From the IMG/VR virus record IMGVR_UViG_3300048800_000035, positions 35,701-99,700 of that record: a stretch of 64,000 bases of DNA; one strand, given 5' to 3'. The stretch comes from a virus. Below the pieces are notes generated by a model that worked only from the letters and a program-made list of their open reading frames with translations, ran no database searches and was not told the origin of the DNA. The position numbers were made by a program, and so were the translations under genes. This document shows, piece after piece, positions 55,224 to 63,774 of the stretch (position 1 is its first letter; each line of letters starts with the position of its first letter).

Positions 55224-55250
55224 CGCCACCTGTGGCGGTTATGCCGCCAC
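55224..55250. repeat. three-element inverted repeat CGCCAC / GTGGCG(G) / (C)CGCCAC
   Basis: cgccacctGTGGCGGttatgCCGCCAC: central arm can pair with either flank. Confidence 0.7.
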
Positions 55251-55259
55251 TCCCCCTCC

Positions 55260-55296
55260 CCCCCCATGGTACTGTATTGCCCAATTTCATGGGGGG
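55260..55296. repeat. 9-bp inverted repeat CCCCCCATG / CATGGGGGG
   Basis: Arms 55260..55268 and 55288..55296 with 19-nt loop. Confidence 0.75.
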
Positions 55297-55482
55297 TAGT
55301 TGAATGAGCAAGCTGGCCTGTGGCTGGGCAATGGACCTATGCGCCAGCTACCACCATGCGCCCTGATAGGGCATTAGTATACCGCCTCGCCTATAGCCTC
55401 GCGCTATGGTGCCAATGGTGGGCATGTAGGCTACACCCTGTGCCAGTATGCCGGCACCCTGTTATAGGTGAACACATAATAG

Positions 55483-55514
55483 ACCCTATGTCATTACATC
55501 TTGAATCATAGGGT
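55483..55514. repeat. 8-bp inverted repeat ACCCTATG / CATAGGGT upstream of XRE gene
   Basis: Arms 55483..55490 and 55507..55514. Confidence 0.65.
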
Positions 55515-55582
55515 ATTAGTGATACTATCTGGCCTGTGGTAGAATATGTTACAGTTAGTGTCAACGATCCATAGGAGGACAG

Positions 55583-55825
55583 ATGACATACACCCGATTC
55601 CCTGACCTGTTGAGGCGCAAACGTGGTCTACTCAAGAATAGGTTCAAGGTCAAGTACAGTCTACAGACGATAGCCGATGAGACTGGACTAAGCAAGCAAA
55701 CGGTATGGTATTGGGCACAGGGCAAGCCTAAGCGGTACGATAGTGACGCACTAGAGGCTATATGCAAGTGGTTCCCTTGCACCATAGGTGATCTGATTGT
55801 ACTGGGGGATAGGCCTGAAAAGTGA
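55583..55825 (+). CDS. XRE/Cro-CI-like HTH transcriptional regulator
   Basis: YSLQTIADETGLSKQTVWYWAQGKPKRYDSDALEAICKWFPCTIGDLIVL; AGGAGG RBS upstream. Confidence 0.75.
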   Translation: MTYTRFPDLLRRKRGLLKNRFKVKYSLQTIADETGLSKQTVWYWAQGKPKRYDSDALEAICKWFPCTIGDLIVLGDRPEK

Positions 55826-56142
55826 ATTAGTGTCAACGTAACACATATTGTGTCATATAGATTGCATCTGGGCAAGGTCCAATCGGTGTAGGATGCCGGT
55901 CTATGGCTCAAAATGGCATGATAGCGCGATTCTACATACACCAGTGTAGGATAATCGGCTTATTGCGTGGAATTGGCTCACAGCCGTTTCTGTTGGGTGC
56001 TGGCCTTGTCATAATGCTATTCCCTTGTTTTGACTCACTTTACAATTAGTAAATAGTTATTTTGCCGGTATTCTACGTGTTAGGTGTACTTGTCTCGCGC
56101 TGGGCTATAGAATCCGCTTGAATCTCCGCGGTATATTCACTA

Positions 56143-56370
56143 TTGCATTATTCATTGGACTATTCTATATTTGTTCTGTCGGTGGCACAGATAGCCGCCC
56201 TAGGACTAAACATGACCAAAGCACAGGCAATCAAGATTCTGGTAGCAAATGGGGTGAAGGATATCGTTATGCTGGGCAAGCGTGATATCTCTTGTGTTAT
56301 GCCAGATGGAACCAAGGTCGGCGTTATCAATCCGGGCGATCTGGTCAAAGAGATGGGGTGGACGAAATGA
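56143..56370 (+). CDS. hypothetical protein
   Basis: 75 aa ORF with hydrophobic N-terminus; actual start may be internal (MTKAQAIKILVANGVKDIVMLGK). Confidence 0.45.
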   Translation: MHYSLDYSIFVLSVAQIAALGLNMTKAQAIKILVANGVKDIVMLGKRDISCVMPDGTKVGVINPGDLVKEMGWTK

Positions 56371-56540
56371 CACTTGACCCGATTCACATTATGGCAGTAT
56401 GCGCCGTTATTGGGCTGTTAGTTGTATTCTCCGCTGTTATTCTGTCTGCTATCTTTAGTCGCAAGGCAGATGATAACGGTCTTGTCCACGTTTACGAAAT
56501 GCGCCAGTCTAAGCACTTTGGACAGAACGGGTGGAACTAG
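56367..56540 (+). CDS. small membrane protein
   Basis: Starts MTLDPIHIMAVCAVIGLLVVFSAVILSAIF; read from the frame of the listed ORF 56292..56540. Confidence 0.45.
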   Translation: MTLDPIHIMAVCAVIGLLVVFSAVILSAIFSRKADDNGLVHVYEMRQSKHFGQNGWN

Positions 56541-56543
56541 GGC

Positions 56544-56720
56544 ATGAATCCTAAAATCACTGTCAAGCATGGTATTACATCGGTTCAATTCGTCAATTGC
56601 GTGGTCAATTACGGCAATGGACTGCGCCCGGTCTGTATCGTCAATGGCAAGTACACTTTCTTTGACCATTTGCCCACCGCGCTGGCGTTTGCGCGTGGTC
56701 AATGGCCCCCTCGCCACTAA
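56544..56720 (+). CDS. small hypothetical protein
   Basis: 58 aa MNPKITVKHGITSVQFVNCVVNYGNGLRP..., read directly. Confidence 0.45.
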   Translation: MNPKITVKHGITSVQFVNCVVNYGNGLRPVCIVNGKYTFFDHLPTALAFARGQWPPRH

Positions 56721-56754
56721 TCCCCAGTCTCAACTAGCATAAGGATAACTGACA

Positions 56755-57147
56755 ATGCGACAAATGACTAGAACGGCCTTTGAGGCGCTTCCCCAGAATC
56801 ATAAGAAGTTTATTCATGGTATCCCGTGGGCAATTGTAGCCGATGACGGTGTGTCATTCGTTCCAGTCAAGCTGGACACACCGTATTACACTCGTTGTAT
56901 AAGTTTTGAGGGCGATACCTTCATCATTGACTATGGCGCGGGTCGGCCCGATTCGTTCGGTGTGAGATTGCCAATTAGTCGTATGGCAGTAAAGAATCTG
57001 GGCGGTACTATCGTCAAAGAAGTGTACTGCGGCGAGGAAAAGCATGAGTATTTATATCAGGATTCATCTGGCAAATTCTGGTATGGTGATGACTGGTATA
57101 ACGATTCGACGGCCATTTGTTACCCGACCTATCCCGGCATTTTCTAG
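56755..57147 (+). CDS. hypothetical protein
   Basis: 130 aa ORF. Confidence 0.5.
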   Translation: MRQMTRTAFEALPQNHKKFIHGIPWAIVADDGVSFVPVKLDTPYYTRCISFEGDTFIIDYGAGRPDSFGVRLPISRMAVKNLGGTIVKEVYCGEEKHEYLYQDSSGKFWYGDDWYNDSTAICYPTYPGIF

Positions 57148-57216
57148 CATACTCGAAACGGGCCAGTACTCGGCCCGTCACTGGCAAATTGGGCCAGTCT
57201 GAAGAGAGGACACAGA

Positions 57217-57429
57217 ATGACATTTCACATTTGGAATCTAAGCAATCACGAGGGCGAAGTACTCAAGACCTCAAACGGCGCGCAATTCAAATACAATTTG
57301 GGTCATAGTCGGGGGATGTGGTGGCAAGCGCGCACCACAGCCGGCGATAAGGTCTTGTTTGAGTCTGATTCCGCTGTCGATTTCGCCTATTTGCTCAACA
57401 TGGCGGATTGTCAGATTGTCGCCAAATGA
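57217..57429 (+). CDS. hypothetical protein
   Basis: 70 aa ORF. Confidence 0.45.
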   Translation: MTFHIWNLSNHEGEVLKTSNGAQFKYNLGHSRGMWWQARTTAGDKVLFESDSAVDFAYLLNMADCQIVAK

Positions 57430-57480
57430 CAGACCTTGAGCGGATTCAATCTCACCTCAAGACTGGCGGAGTAGTCCAGA

Positions 57481-57630
57481 TGACTAACTACCTCCATTCT
57501 TGGGTTTACGACAAACCAGCCTGCGCAGACCTATTCAAAGCCGGGTCTGATTCTCACCTGTACGTCAAGCAAGGAAAACATTGGGTCGATTGTAGCGGGT
57601 GCTCCATTCGATTCGGCCATTACGTCTAAC
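57481..57630 (+). CDS. small hypothetical protein
   Basis: MTNYLHSWVYDKPACADLFKAGSDSHLYVKQGKHWVDCSGCSIRFGHYV. Confidence 0.35.
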
Positions 57631-57664
57631 CACTGCAAGCTTACAACACTCTAGAGGATACCCC

Positions 57665-57901
57665 ATGCTAACAGCGCGCCAACAAAAGAAGGCAGAACAA
57701 GCGGCAAGTATGGCCCGGATTCAAGCGGCGCAAGCGGCTACACGGGCCGTAGTCGCATCTGGCCATTGCCCCGACTGCGGTAGCACCATCCGACGGAACC
57801 TTGCAATCACAGGCTGGTATCAGTGCGCGCAATTTGGAGCAGTCGGGTGGAGGCTTGACGCCAACAAGCCGCAGTGCAATTGGCAGGGATTCACGGAGTA
57901 G
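57665..57901 (+). CDS. small zinc-ribbon-like protein
   Basis: SGHCPDCGSTIRRN...YQCAQFGAVG. Confidence 0.45.
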   Translation: MLTARQQKKAEQAASMARIQAAQAATRAVVASGHCPDCGSTIRRNLAITGWYQCAQFGAVGWRLDANKPQCNWQGFTE

Positions 57902-57987
57902 ATTAGTCTCAACTCGCCCAGATTGTTAGAGGGATTCTAACAGTCTGTTGAGTGTAGATTAGTCAACTATCAGAGAGGATTCAGGCT

Positions 57988-58224
57988 ATGCAAATCACAA
58001 TCCTGCGCCATAAGTGCAATATGCAAGTGTACCGCTCGAATAGCCTATGGCATGATCCCTCGTGTGGATTCGAGGCCCAGCCTAGCAAATGGCAATGCTT
58101 GGGCACCGAGGGCTGGTGGGCGGATTCGGCCATGCGTTACCGCTTTGAATCGCTCAAACAAGCTGCTGGCGATATGTGGCCGCAGTACCCCGGCGAGTAT
58201 TCGATAGTTGAAATTGAGGCCTAA
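57988..58224 (+). CDS. hypothetical protein
   Basis: 78 aa ORF. Confidence 0.45.
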   Translation: MQITILRHKCNMQVYRSNSLWHDPSCGFEAQPSKWQCLGTEGWWADSAMRYRFESLKQAAGDMWPQYPGEYSIVEIEA

Positions 58225-58225
58225 C

Positions 58226-58495
58226 ATGCGAACTAACTATGATCCTAGACTGCGTAAAGCATACGATACTGCCCTCTATCAGTTAGAGGGTAAACATGTG
58301 GCTGGGCGGTATATGGGATTCCAGTATGCCGGCGTGGTCACTAGCACGCGCCAGAATACCGCCTCCTATCGGCCCGAACTAACGGTTACACTTGACGCGC
58401 CGATTGTTGTATTCGGGGAATCGAAAACGGCTGTAATACTTGATGCCTATTGTTTGGAGCGTGAATCATTGCAGTGCTCAATTGAGCAAGCCTAA
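58226..58495 (+). CDS. hypothetical protein
   Basis: ORF starting MRTNYDPRLRKAYDTALYQLEGK. Confidence 0.5.
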   Translation: MRTNYDPRLRKAYDTALYQLEGKHVAGRYMGFQYAGVVTSTRQNTASYRPELTVTLDAPIVVFGESKTAVILDAYCLERESLQCSIEQA

Positions 58496-58515
58496 TCGAA
58501 TAACCAGAGGCTAAA

Positions 58516-58683
58516 ATGAAACAGTCTAAGGCATTCCGCCACTATGCACTAATTGAGAAGTTCTATTTTCGCCTTGAGGCACGGCTAGGGGGCTGGGAAT
58601 TCACAAGCGATAAAACTAAAGCGACTAATTGGGCTAGGGCCGAGCGCCTAGCATGTCGGGCCGAGCATATGGGAATCGAATAG
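58516..58683 (+). CDS. hypothetical protein
   Basis: 55 aa MKQSKAFRHYALIEKFYFRLEARLGGWEFTS... Confidence 0.4.
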   Translation: MKQSKAFRHYALIEKFYFRLEARLGGWEFTSDKTKATNWARAERLACRAEHMGIE

Positions 58684-58694
58684 GAGCGTATACC

Positions 58695-58922
58695 ATGCCT
58701 GTCGAGCAATCCCCTATTGAAATTCACATATCCGCCGAAGGAAACGTAATTGAGCTTCGGCGGTACGATTCGAGGCGCGATTATTGGAGCTGGTCTAGCG
58801 CTTGGTGCCTGCCTCGGGCGGATCATGCCCGCGCTATTGAATGCGCTAAAGAATGGCAGCGCGAGTATACCAGCACTAACGGGCAAGCTATCCCGCCCAT
58901 CTTTGACCACTGGAACGAATAG
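58695..58922 (+). CDS. hypothetical protein
   Basis: 75 aa MPVEQSPIEIHISAEGNVIELRRYDSRRDYW... Confidence 0.4.
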   Translation: MPVEQSPIEIHISAEGNVIELRRYDSRRDYWSWSSAWCLPRADHARAIECAKEWQREYTSTNGQAIPPIFDHWNE

Positions 58923-59013
58923 CCCAGCCGGCTTATCCTCACTAATGCGCCGTGTCAATTAGGAATTGGCATGGCGAATAGTGCGAATAAACCACTATAG
59001 GAGCAATCGAATA

Positions 59014-59211
59014 ATGGAACCTAAACCCTCCGCCGTATGCTACGCCCTCCGCAAACTCAAGCGGCAGCAGGTTAGCGATTCGAGCATGGGCCGTGCTGTA
59101 TTAGACTTCATCACGTCGAATAACCTGGTAACACAAACTTCCTGGCCCGCCTACGTTATCCGCATATCAGAGGCGGGTTATGAGTACCTGGCCGAGCATG
59201 ACGCCGAGTAG
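59014..59211 (+). CDS. hypothetical protein, winged-helix-like C-terminus
   Basis: MEPKPSAVCYALRKLKRQQ...YVIRISEAGYEYLAEHDAE. Confidence 0.45.
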   Translation: MEPKPSAVCYALRKLKRQQVSDSSMGRAVLDFITSNNLVTQTSWPAYVIRISEAGYEYLAEHDAE

Positions 59212-59268
59212 CATTATGTCAATGCAAACTTACAACGGAGCAATATCGAGCAATTGAGACATTGCTAC

Positions 59269-59298
59269 TTGACACGCCGACATTATCCATTGTATATT
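59269..59298 (+). promoter_or_regulatory. sigma70-like promoter
   Basis: TTGACA (59269..59274), 18 bp, TATATT (59293..59298), 41 bp before the ATG of 59339..59842. Confidence 0.65.
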
Positions 59299-59338
59299 AG
59301 TAAGTGAAGTTTGAGCGGGCAATACTACGGGAGAGACC

Positions 59339-59842
59339 ATGAGCACCGAAACGCAAGCCCCAGTAACTAAACTGAATTTTCGGACCACTAAGCCCCAGAC
59401 TTTCACTGGCTGGGGTGGTACTCAACAGGTGAATTACTGCGGGCGCTGTGTCGTCTGCAATAGCACGGTGTACCAATTCGCTGACCATTCCGCCGAGCCT
59501 CGCGGCCCTCTGACCGAAAAACACGCCGTCGATTGGCTGCACGCCCCAGAATACGACAAGGCCGGCGCTGACGTGCCTCTCTGCTTTGACTGCGGGAACA
59601 CGCGGGAGAAGTATGAGCAAGGTCTAGCGATTGCCCGTTCCCGCTGGTTTGATTCGGATACTTGCGACCACGGCCACGACGCGCCCTCCTATCGGCTGGA
59701 CCTCGGCGGAGGTGGTGGTATTTTCCTCTGCCGCAAACACTGGGCCACCGAAATGCAATTCAGGATCGGGCGCAATAAGGACCTGGCCGACGATTGCAAA
59801 TTCGACATCCTCCCATTCCCCGGCGATAAGGTGACAGCATGA
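59339..59842 (+). CDS. Cys-rich hypothetical protein
   Basis: CGRCVVCNSTVYQF...LCFDCGNTREKYEQG...FLCRKHW: several CxxC pairs. Confidence 0.55.
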   Translation: MSTETQAPVTKLNFRTTKPQTFTGWGGTQQVNYCGRCVVCNSTVYQFADHSAEPRGPLTEKHAVDWLHAPEYDKAGADVPLCFDCGNTREKYEQGLAIARSRWFDSDTCDHGHDAPSYRLDLGGGGGIFLCRKHWATEMQFRIGRNKDLADDCKFDILPFPGDKVTA

Positions 59843-60042
59843 CACAATCGAGCATCGTTGACGAGCACACTATACGCCGCCTCTCCGCCGAGGTGTTAGG
59901 CTGTAAGGCATTCGGGGAGGGTAAGAAGCGTATACCGGCTCGGAATTCGGTATCAATGGCGGGCGCGTGTCGAAGTTGCAAATCTGAAATGGCGCTGTCT
60001 GGAACCACAAGCAAGTATTATTTGCCTGGGAGCGCGGGTTAG
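59839..60042 (+). CDS. small Cys-containing hypothetical protein
   Basis: 67 aa, ATGA overlap with previous gene; CRSCKSEMA. Confidence 0.4.
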   Translation: MTQSSIVDEHTIRRLSAEVLGCKAFGEGKKRIPARNSVSMAGACRSCKSEMALSGTTSKYYLPGSAG

Positions 60043-60045
60043 ATC

Positions 60046-60420
60046 ATGGCACGCTGGACAATCCGATTGTTCAAAAGATTGTGGCATATCTCGAACAATT
60101 GCCAGTATCCGAGTAATTGCCACAACAGGCAAACAGGCGACCACATGGCAAGGGTAATTATTGGATGGCCAGATTTTTGGAGTACGCTCAAGGAAATGAC
60201 GCCCGATTGTCTGGCAGCAGTCGGGCGCGAGTGGCACGGCGAGGATTTTACGAAATGGGTAAACTCTCGTTCGCCCCGCGTTCAGGTAGAAATTTTGGAG
60301 AACGCGCCGGAGTCGATTCAACAATACTTCTACTCCAAGAACGTTATTAGACCGTTTGCAATTGCGGCACTTGGAATCAGACCATCGCGTAAGGTAATTG
60401 TTTCTGATCGGCGCAAATAG
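60046..60420 (+). CDS. hypothetical protein
   Basis: 124 aa ORF MARWTIRLFKRLWHISNNCQYPSNCHNRQTG... Confidence 0.5.
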   Translation: MARWTIRLFKRLWHISNNCQYPSNCHNRQTGDHMARVIIGWPDFWSTLKEMTPDCLAAVGREWHGEDFTKWVNSRSPRVQVEILENAPESIQQYFYSKNVIRPFAIAALGIRPSRKVIVSDRRK

Positions 60421-60429
60421 GAGTCCACA

Positions 60430-60552
60430 ATGCCACAAAACGACGATATGGAATCTTCCTTCCCCGGTTGCTTGCTAATGGTTGCGGCACTCTTGGTATT
60501 CTGGGGAATGGCAATCTTGGCAGCCATCTTGATATTAGAGCACTTGCACTAA
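60430..60552 (+). CDS. 40-aa single-TM peptide
   Basis: MPQNDDMESSFPGCLLMVAALLVFWGMAILAAILILEHLH. Confidence 0.4.
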   Translation: MPQNDDMESSFPGCLLMVAALLVFWGMAILAAILILEHLH

Positions 60553-60562
60553 GGAGAGAATA

Positions 60563-60811
60563 ATGACCAACAAATCTGCAATTCTCGTTTGGGCTTGGGA
60601 CAATGCACCAGACGAATTCAAGGCACTTTCAACACACGGCGGAGATGAGGATTTTGTAATTGTGGCAGACGCAGATAGCCACATGGATAATTGCGAGTGG
60701 CTGGTTGAGAAGATCGACCACTATCAGGGCATGGCCTCGCGCACGGAATACACCACCACAACCCCCGGCGCAATTCGTGACGTTGTGGTATGGATTACTG
60801 CCCATGCCTAG
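60563..60811 (+). CDS. hypothetical protein
   Basis: 82 aa ORF. Confidence 0.45.
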   Translation: MTNKSAILVWAWDNAPDEFKALSTHGGDEDFVIVADADSHMDNCEWLVEKIDHYQGMASRTEYTTTTPGAIRDVVVWITAHA

Positions 60812-60956
60812 TATGCCAACCGAGGCGGATATATTAGGCCACAACCGACCACGGCGCATGGGACAGGTGCATAGAGGTATTTGTTGTTTCACAATATACC
60901 TGCCCACGCTGTTGTTTGTCGTGGTAATTGTTTTGATTTTATTCAACCACCGATAG
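60804..60956 (+). CDS. small membrane protein
   Basis: 50 aa with TM segment CCFTIYLPTLLFVVVIVLILF. Confidence 0.4.
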   Translation: MPSMPTEADILGHNRPRRMGQVHRGICCFTIYLPTLLFVVVIVLILFNHR

Positions 60957-60962
60957 GCGACA

Positions 60963-61505
60963 ATGAAAAACCCGATTATGGATCACTACACTTCCGGCTA
61001 TGACGGATTCGAGAAGCGAGGCATCGCTGTCAAGAAATTCTCATGGGCTATCCCAAACGATGAGGCCATTAGTTCAATTGTGGCATGTGGGCCAGTTGTT
61101 GAAATTGGCGCTGGCAGCGGGTATTGGGCTAGTCTGGTTGCCGAGTCTGGCGGAGATATTGTGGCAACGGACAAATACAAGCTTGTGGATAACGAATTCA
61201 CCGACAAGGTGCATTGTTACTCCAAGATCGAGAAACTGTCCGCCTTGAGCGCCGTTCGCAAGTACCACAATCGAGCACTACTAAGCGTCTGGCCGAGTTA
61301 TCAGCAGTCCTGGTCCGGCAAAGCTCTAGCCGAATATCTGAAACTCGGCGGACAGACTGTAATTTACGTGGGCGAAGGTGAATACGGCTGCACCGGGAAC
61401 AAGAGATTCCATAATCTACTGAACAATCTCCGCGTCGTCAAGGAAGTCTCTATTCCTCAGTGGATTGGTATTCACGACCACATGGAGATTAGGAGCATTG
61501 GATGA
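60963..61505 (+). CDS. SAM-dependent methyltransferase-like protein
   Basis: VVEIGAGSGYWASLVAESGGDIVATDKY motif I and acidic residue. Confidence 0.75.
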   Translation: MKNPIMDHYTSGYDGFEKRGIAVKKFSWAIPNDEAISSIVACGPVVEIGAGSGYWASLVAESGGDIVATDKYKLVDNEFTDKVHCYSKIEKLSALSAVRKYHNRALLSVWPSYQQSWSGKALAEYLKLGGQTVIYVGEGEYGCTGNKRFHNLLNNLRVVKEVSIPQWIGIHDHMEIRSIG

Positions 61506-61714
61506 GCAGCTACCAAATCGCCAAGTTCGACAGCCACCACATTAACCAGCCCTGCCAACACGTCGATTACAGGTCTAGCAAGAAGCAAGCAATCGACACG
61601 GCGCAGAGTTGGGTATCATATCCTGGCCGGTCAGCTTCTATCATCCATCACTCCGCCGTAATCATGCGGTACTGGCGAGACGGTGATGGATTGCAGTACA
61701 TTTCTTACAAGTAG
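61502..61714 (+). CDS. hypothetical protein
   Basis: 70 aa ORF, ATGA overlap. Confidence 0.4.
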   Translation: MSSYQIAKFDSHHINQPCQHVDYRSSKKQAIDTAQSWVSYPGRSASIIHHSAVIMRYWRDGDGLQYISYK

Positions 61715-61745
61715 TTATGTCAATGCAAATCGGCAATATTGGGTA

Positions 61746-61773
61746 TTGCATTTTGAATAACTCACTGTAGAAT
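61746..61773 (+). promoter_or_regulatory. sigma70-like promoter
   Basis: TTGCAT (61746..61751), 16 bp, TAGAAT (61768..61773), just upstream of the ATG at 61780. Confidence 0.5.
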
Positions 61774-61779
61774 AGAAAC

Positions 61780-62046
61780 ATGCCTACTCGAACGCGGGAT
61801 CAATCAGTTATCGTCGGTGCTGGGGTTGTAATATTCGAGTTTCAAAACGGCGTAACGGTCAACATTCGGCAGGGAGACGCGGGCTGTGCTGACGTTATTG
61901 CTTTTCGCGCCGATGATGAAGTCTTGAATCCGAACACGGGCAGATTCGACACACACATGGGCGACCAGAGCGCCGTAATGACTTTGACAGCGATTGAATT
62001 GGTTAGGGTGCTGGCCGTGATGCAGAATAATAAACCGGGAGCTTGA
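61780..62046 (+). CDS. hypothetical protein
   Basis: 88 aa ORF. Confidence 0.45.
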   Translation: MPTRTRDQSVIVGAGVVIFEFQNGVTVNIRQGDAGCADVIAFRADDEVLNPNTGRFDTHMGDQSAVMTLTAIELVRVLAVMQNNKPGA

Positions 62047-62048
62047 CA

Positions 62049-62234
62049 ATGGACTATGAAGCCACTAAGTACACCGAACTGGTCAACACTCATTCCGCCG
62101 TTCGCCCATTGCATAAGGCTACCAGTCTTGGAATAGCAGAATGGGGATGGCAGAACGGATTGATTTCATTTGTCGAGATGATCGCCATTATTGAATGGCC
62201 AAAAGAGGCGGGAAAATTGGAGCCGGTCGAATGA
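62049..62234 (+). CDS. hypothetical protein
   Basis: ORF MDYEATKYTELVNTHSAVRPLHKATSLGIAEWGWQNGLISF. Confidence 0.45.
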   Translation: MDYEATKYTELVNTHSAVRPLHKATSLGIAEWGWQNGLISFVEMIAIIEWPKEAGKLEPVE

Positions 62235-62539
62235 ATACTAATGACGTAATTCTGCGCGGAGGTGGAGCCGTTGCAACAATTCACCCGCTGACCGCAACGG
62301 TGGGCACAGTCGAGTCGGTAATGTATCCAGAAACAAAACTTCCCCATTTCAACGGTGGCGATATTGTGGCACTGCCAGAGTGGTTTATTTCAACAATTAC
62401 ACGCGCCGAGGGTGAAAGTTATTGGCAAGCGGCGAGCCGGCCAAACACATTCAACCCAGAGAGCGAATCAATTATCACGCCGTACCATATCCAGCATTTA
62501 TCAGTTCTGGACATGGACACTTTCGAGCGGGGGAAATAA
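62231..62539 (+). CDS. hypothetical protein
   Basis: MNTNDVILRGGGAVATIHPLTATVGTVESVMYPE... within listed ORF 62195..62539. Confidence 0.45.
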   Translation: MNTNDVILRGGGAVATIHPLTATVGTVESVMYPETKLPHFNGGDIVALPEWFISTITRAEGESYWQAASRPNTFNPESESIITPYHIQHLSVLDMDTFERGK

Positions 62540-62706
62540 TGTCGCAACTAGACAAGATATTTGTTGCCACGGTCGTTCTAATGGGAGGACTTATTGCGCC
62601 GGCCTACCAAGTGGACAGGGAAACCGGCTATGTGTTCGTCGGAGTCTTTATTATTGTGGCGGCAATGTTTATTCTATTTCGGGAGGACAAATACGATGAT
62701 CGGTGA
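62539..62706 (+). CDS. small membrane protein
   Basis: MSQLDKIFVATVVLMGGLIAPAYQVDRETGYVFVGVFIIVAAMFILF. Confidence 0.45.
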   Translation: MSQLDKIFVATVVLMGGLIAPAYQVDRETGYVFVGVFIIVAAMFILFREDKYDDR

Positions 62707-62800
62707 GCCGTATTACACCCTAGCATTTCTGGTAATTGTGTTTATCGTCGGCGCGTCTATTCTTTACACTATCCATGAGATCGAACAGGGAGAGAAGTGA
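62696..62800 (+). CDS. 34-aa single-TM peptide
   Basis: MIGEPYYTLAFLVIVFIVGASILYTIHEIEQGEK. Confidence 0.4.
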   Translation: MIGEPYYTLAFLVIVFIVGASILYTIHEIEQGEK

Positions 62801-63000
62801 TGGACACTCCACAAACCCGCAATTTCAACGGCCGGAACTATACCTTGCACCTAGACCTTCTCAACGGCAACCAAGCGCAGGCCAACGCTGCCCACGTTCG
62901 AGCATTAGGATATTGGGCGAGGGTAACAAAAGAAACGTCCAGTAACAACGGGTATGAGTATGTGTGGCAAGTCTGGAAACACGAGAAACCGGGCTACTAA
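62797..63000 (+). CDS. hypothetical protein
   Basis: 67 aa ORF, overlaps previous stop. Confidence 0.45.
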   Translation: MMDTPQTRNFNGRNYTLHLDLLNGNQAQANAAHVRALGYWARVTKETSSNNGYEYVWQVWKHEKPGY

Positions 63001-63001
63001 C

Positions 63002-63127
63002 ATGCTACTCCAAGACCTCGTTATTCTAGCGTCGTTCTACAACGCCGAAACGGGCGAGACGGTGGTACTTGCCAAGCGGCGCGGAACGCTGGCATACCTG
63101 CTAACAATCCAGGCGCAGAGTATTTGA
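63002..63127 (+). CDS. small hypothetical protein
   Basis: 41 aa MLLQDLVILASFYNAETGETVVLAKRRGTLAYLLTIQAQSI. Confidence 0.3.
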   Translation: MLLQDLVILASFYNAETGETVVLAKRRGTLAYLLTIQAQSI

Positions 63128-63152
63128 CTTTATCAGCATAAGGTAAAGACCC

Positions 63153-63350
63153 ATGAAAAAAGAAACGGCCCTACGGTTGGCAGACCACCTGAATACGGTC
63201 AACGACTGTCTGCTTTACGCTGGCAAACACACGTCCAAAACAGACACGAATCTTGCTAGGGCCATTTCAGAGCTAGAGGCGTCCTGTCGAATACTGGCGT
63301 CCGAGATTGACAGCATCAACAGTTACCTGCGCGATCACGCTCAACCGTAA
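63153..63350 (+). CDS. hypothetical helical protein
   Basis: 65 aa ORF. Confidence 0.45.
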   Translation: MKKETALRLADHLNTVNDCLLYAGKHTSKTDTNLARAISELEASCRILASEIDSINSYLRDHAQP

Positions 63351-63384
63351 GTGTTGTAAATTTGCAGCGTTTCCAAACTCGCTA

Positions 63385-63412
63385 TTGACATTGTGTAATT
63401 ACCAATTAGACT
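63385..63412 (+). promoter_or_regulatory. sigma70-like promoter
   Basis: TTGACA (63385..63390), 16 bp, TAGACT (63407..63412), upstream of 63448. Confidence 0.5.
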
Positions 63413-63447
63413 GTGTATAAGTTTAGTTGCCTTAAGGAGGCAAAATC

Positions 63448-63756
63448 ATGCGAAAGTTAGAGTATCGGCAGGGAGACGTTTCACTGTGGCGGATCGACAA
63501 GCCAGAAAAGACAGGCAAGCTGATCGCCAGCGGCAAACTGACGTTGGCTTTAGGCGAGGTGACTGGGCACTCCCATACGCTTGTAGGCGAAGTGGCCGAG
63601 TTCTCCATCGACGGTGAACGAGTCTTTTGGGTAGAAGCGCCAGCCGTCTTGGATCACCAGGAACACGCGGCCCAGACTGTTCAGGCCGGCTGGTTTGTAA
63701 TCGACCAACCCCAGGTTCAATACACCCCTCAAGCCATTCAGCGCGTTCTCGACTAA
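63448..63756 (+). CDS. small protein of the RQGDV...EVTGHSHT...EH family
   Basis: EYRQGDVSLWRIDKPEKTGKLIASGKLTLALGEVTGHSHTLVGEV...VLDHQEH. Confidence 0.6.
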   Translation: MRKLEYRQGDVSLWRIDKPEKTGKLIASGKLTLALGEVTGHSHTLVGEVAEFSIDGERVFWVEAPAVLDHQEHAAQTVQAGWFVIDQPQVQYTPQAIQRVLD

Positions 63757-63774
63757 CCAAAAGGTACTCTGGAA

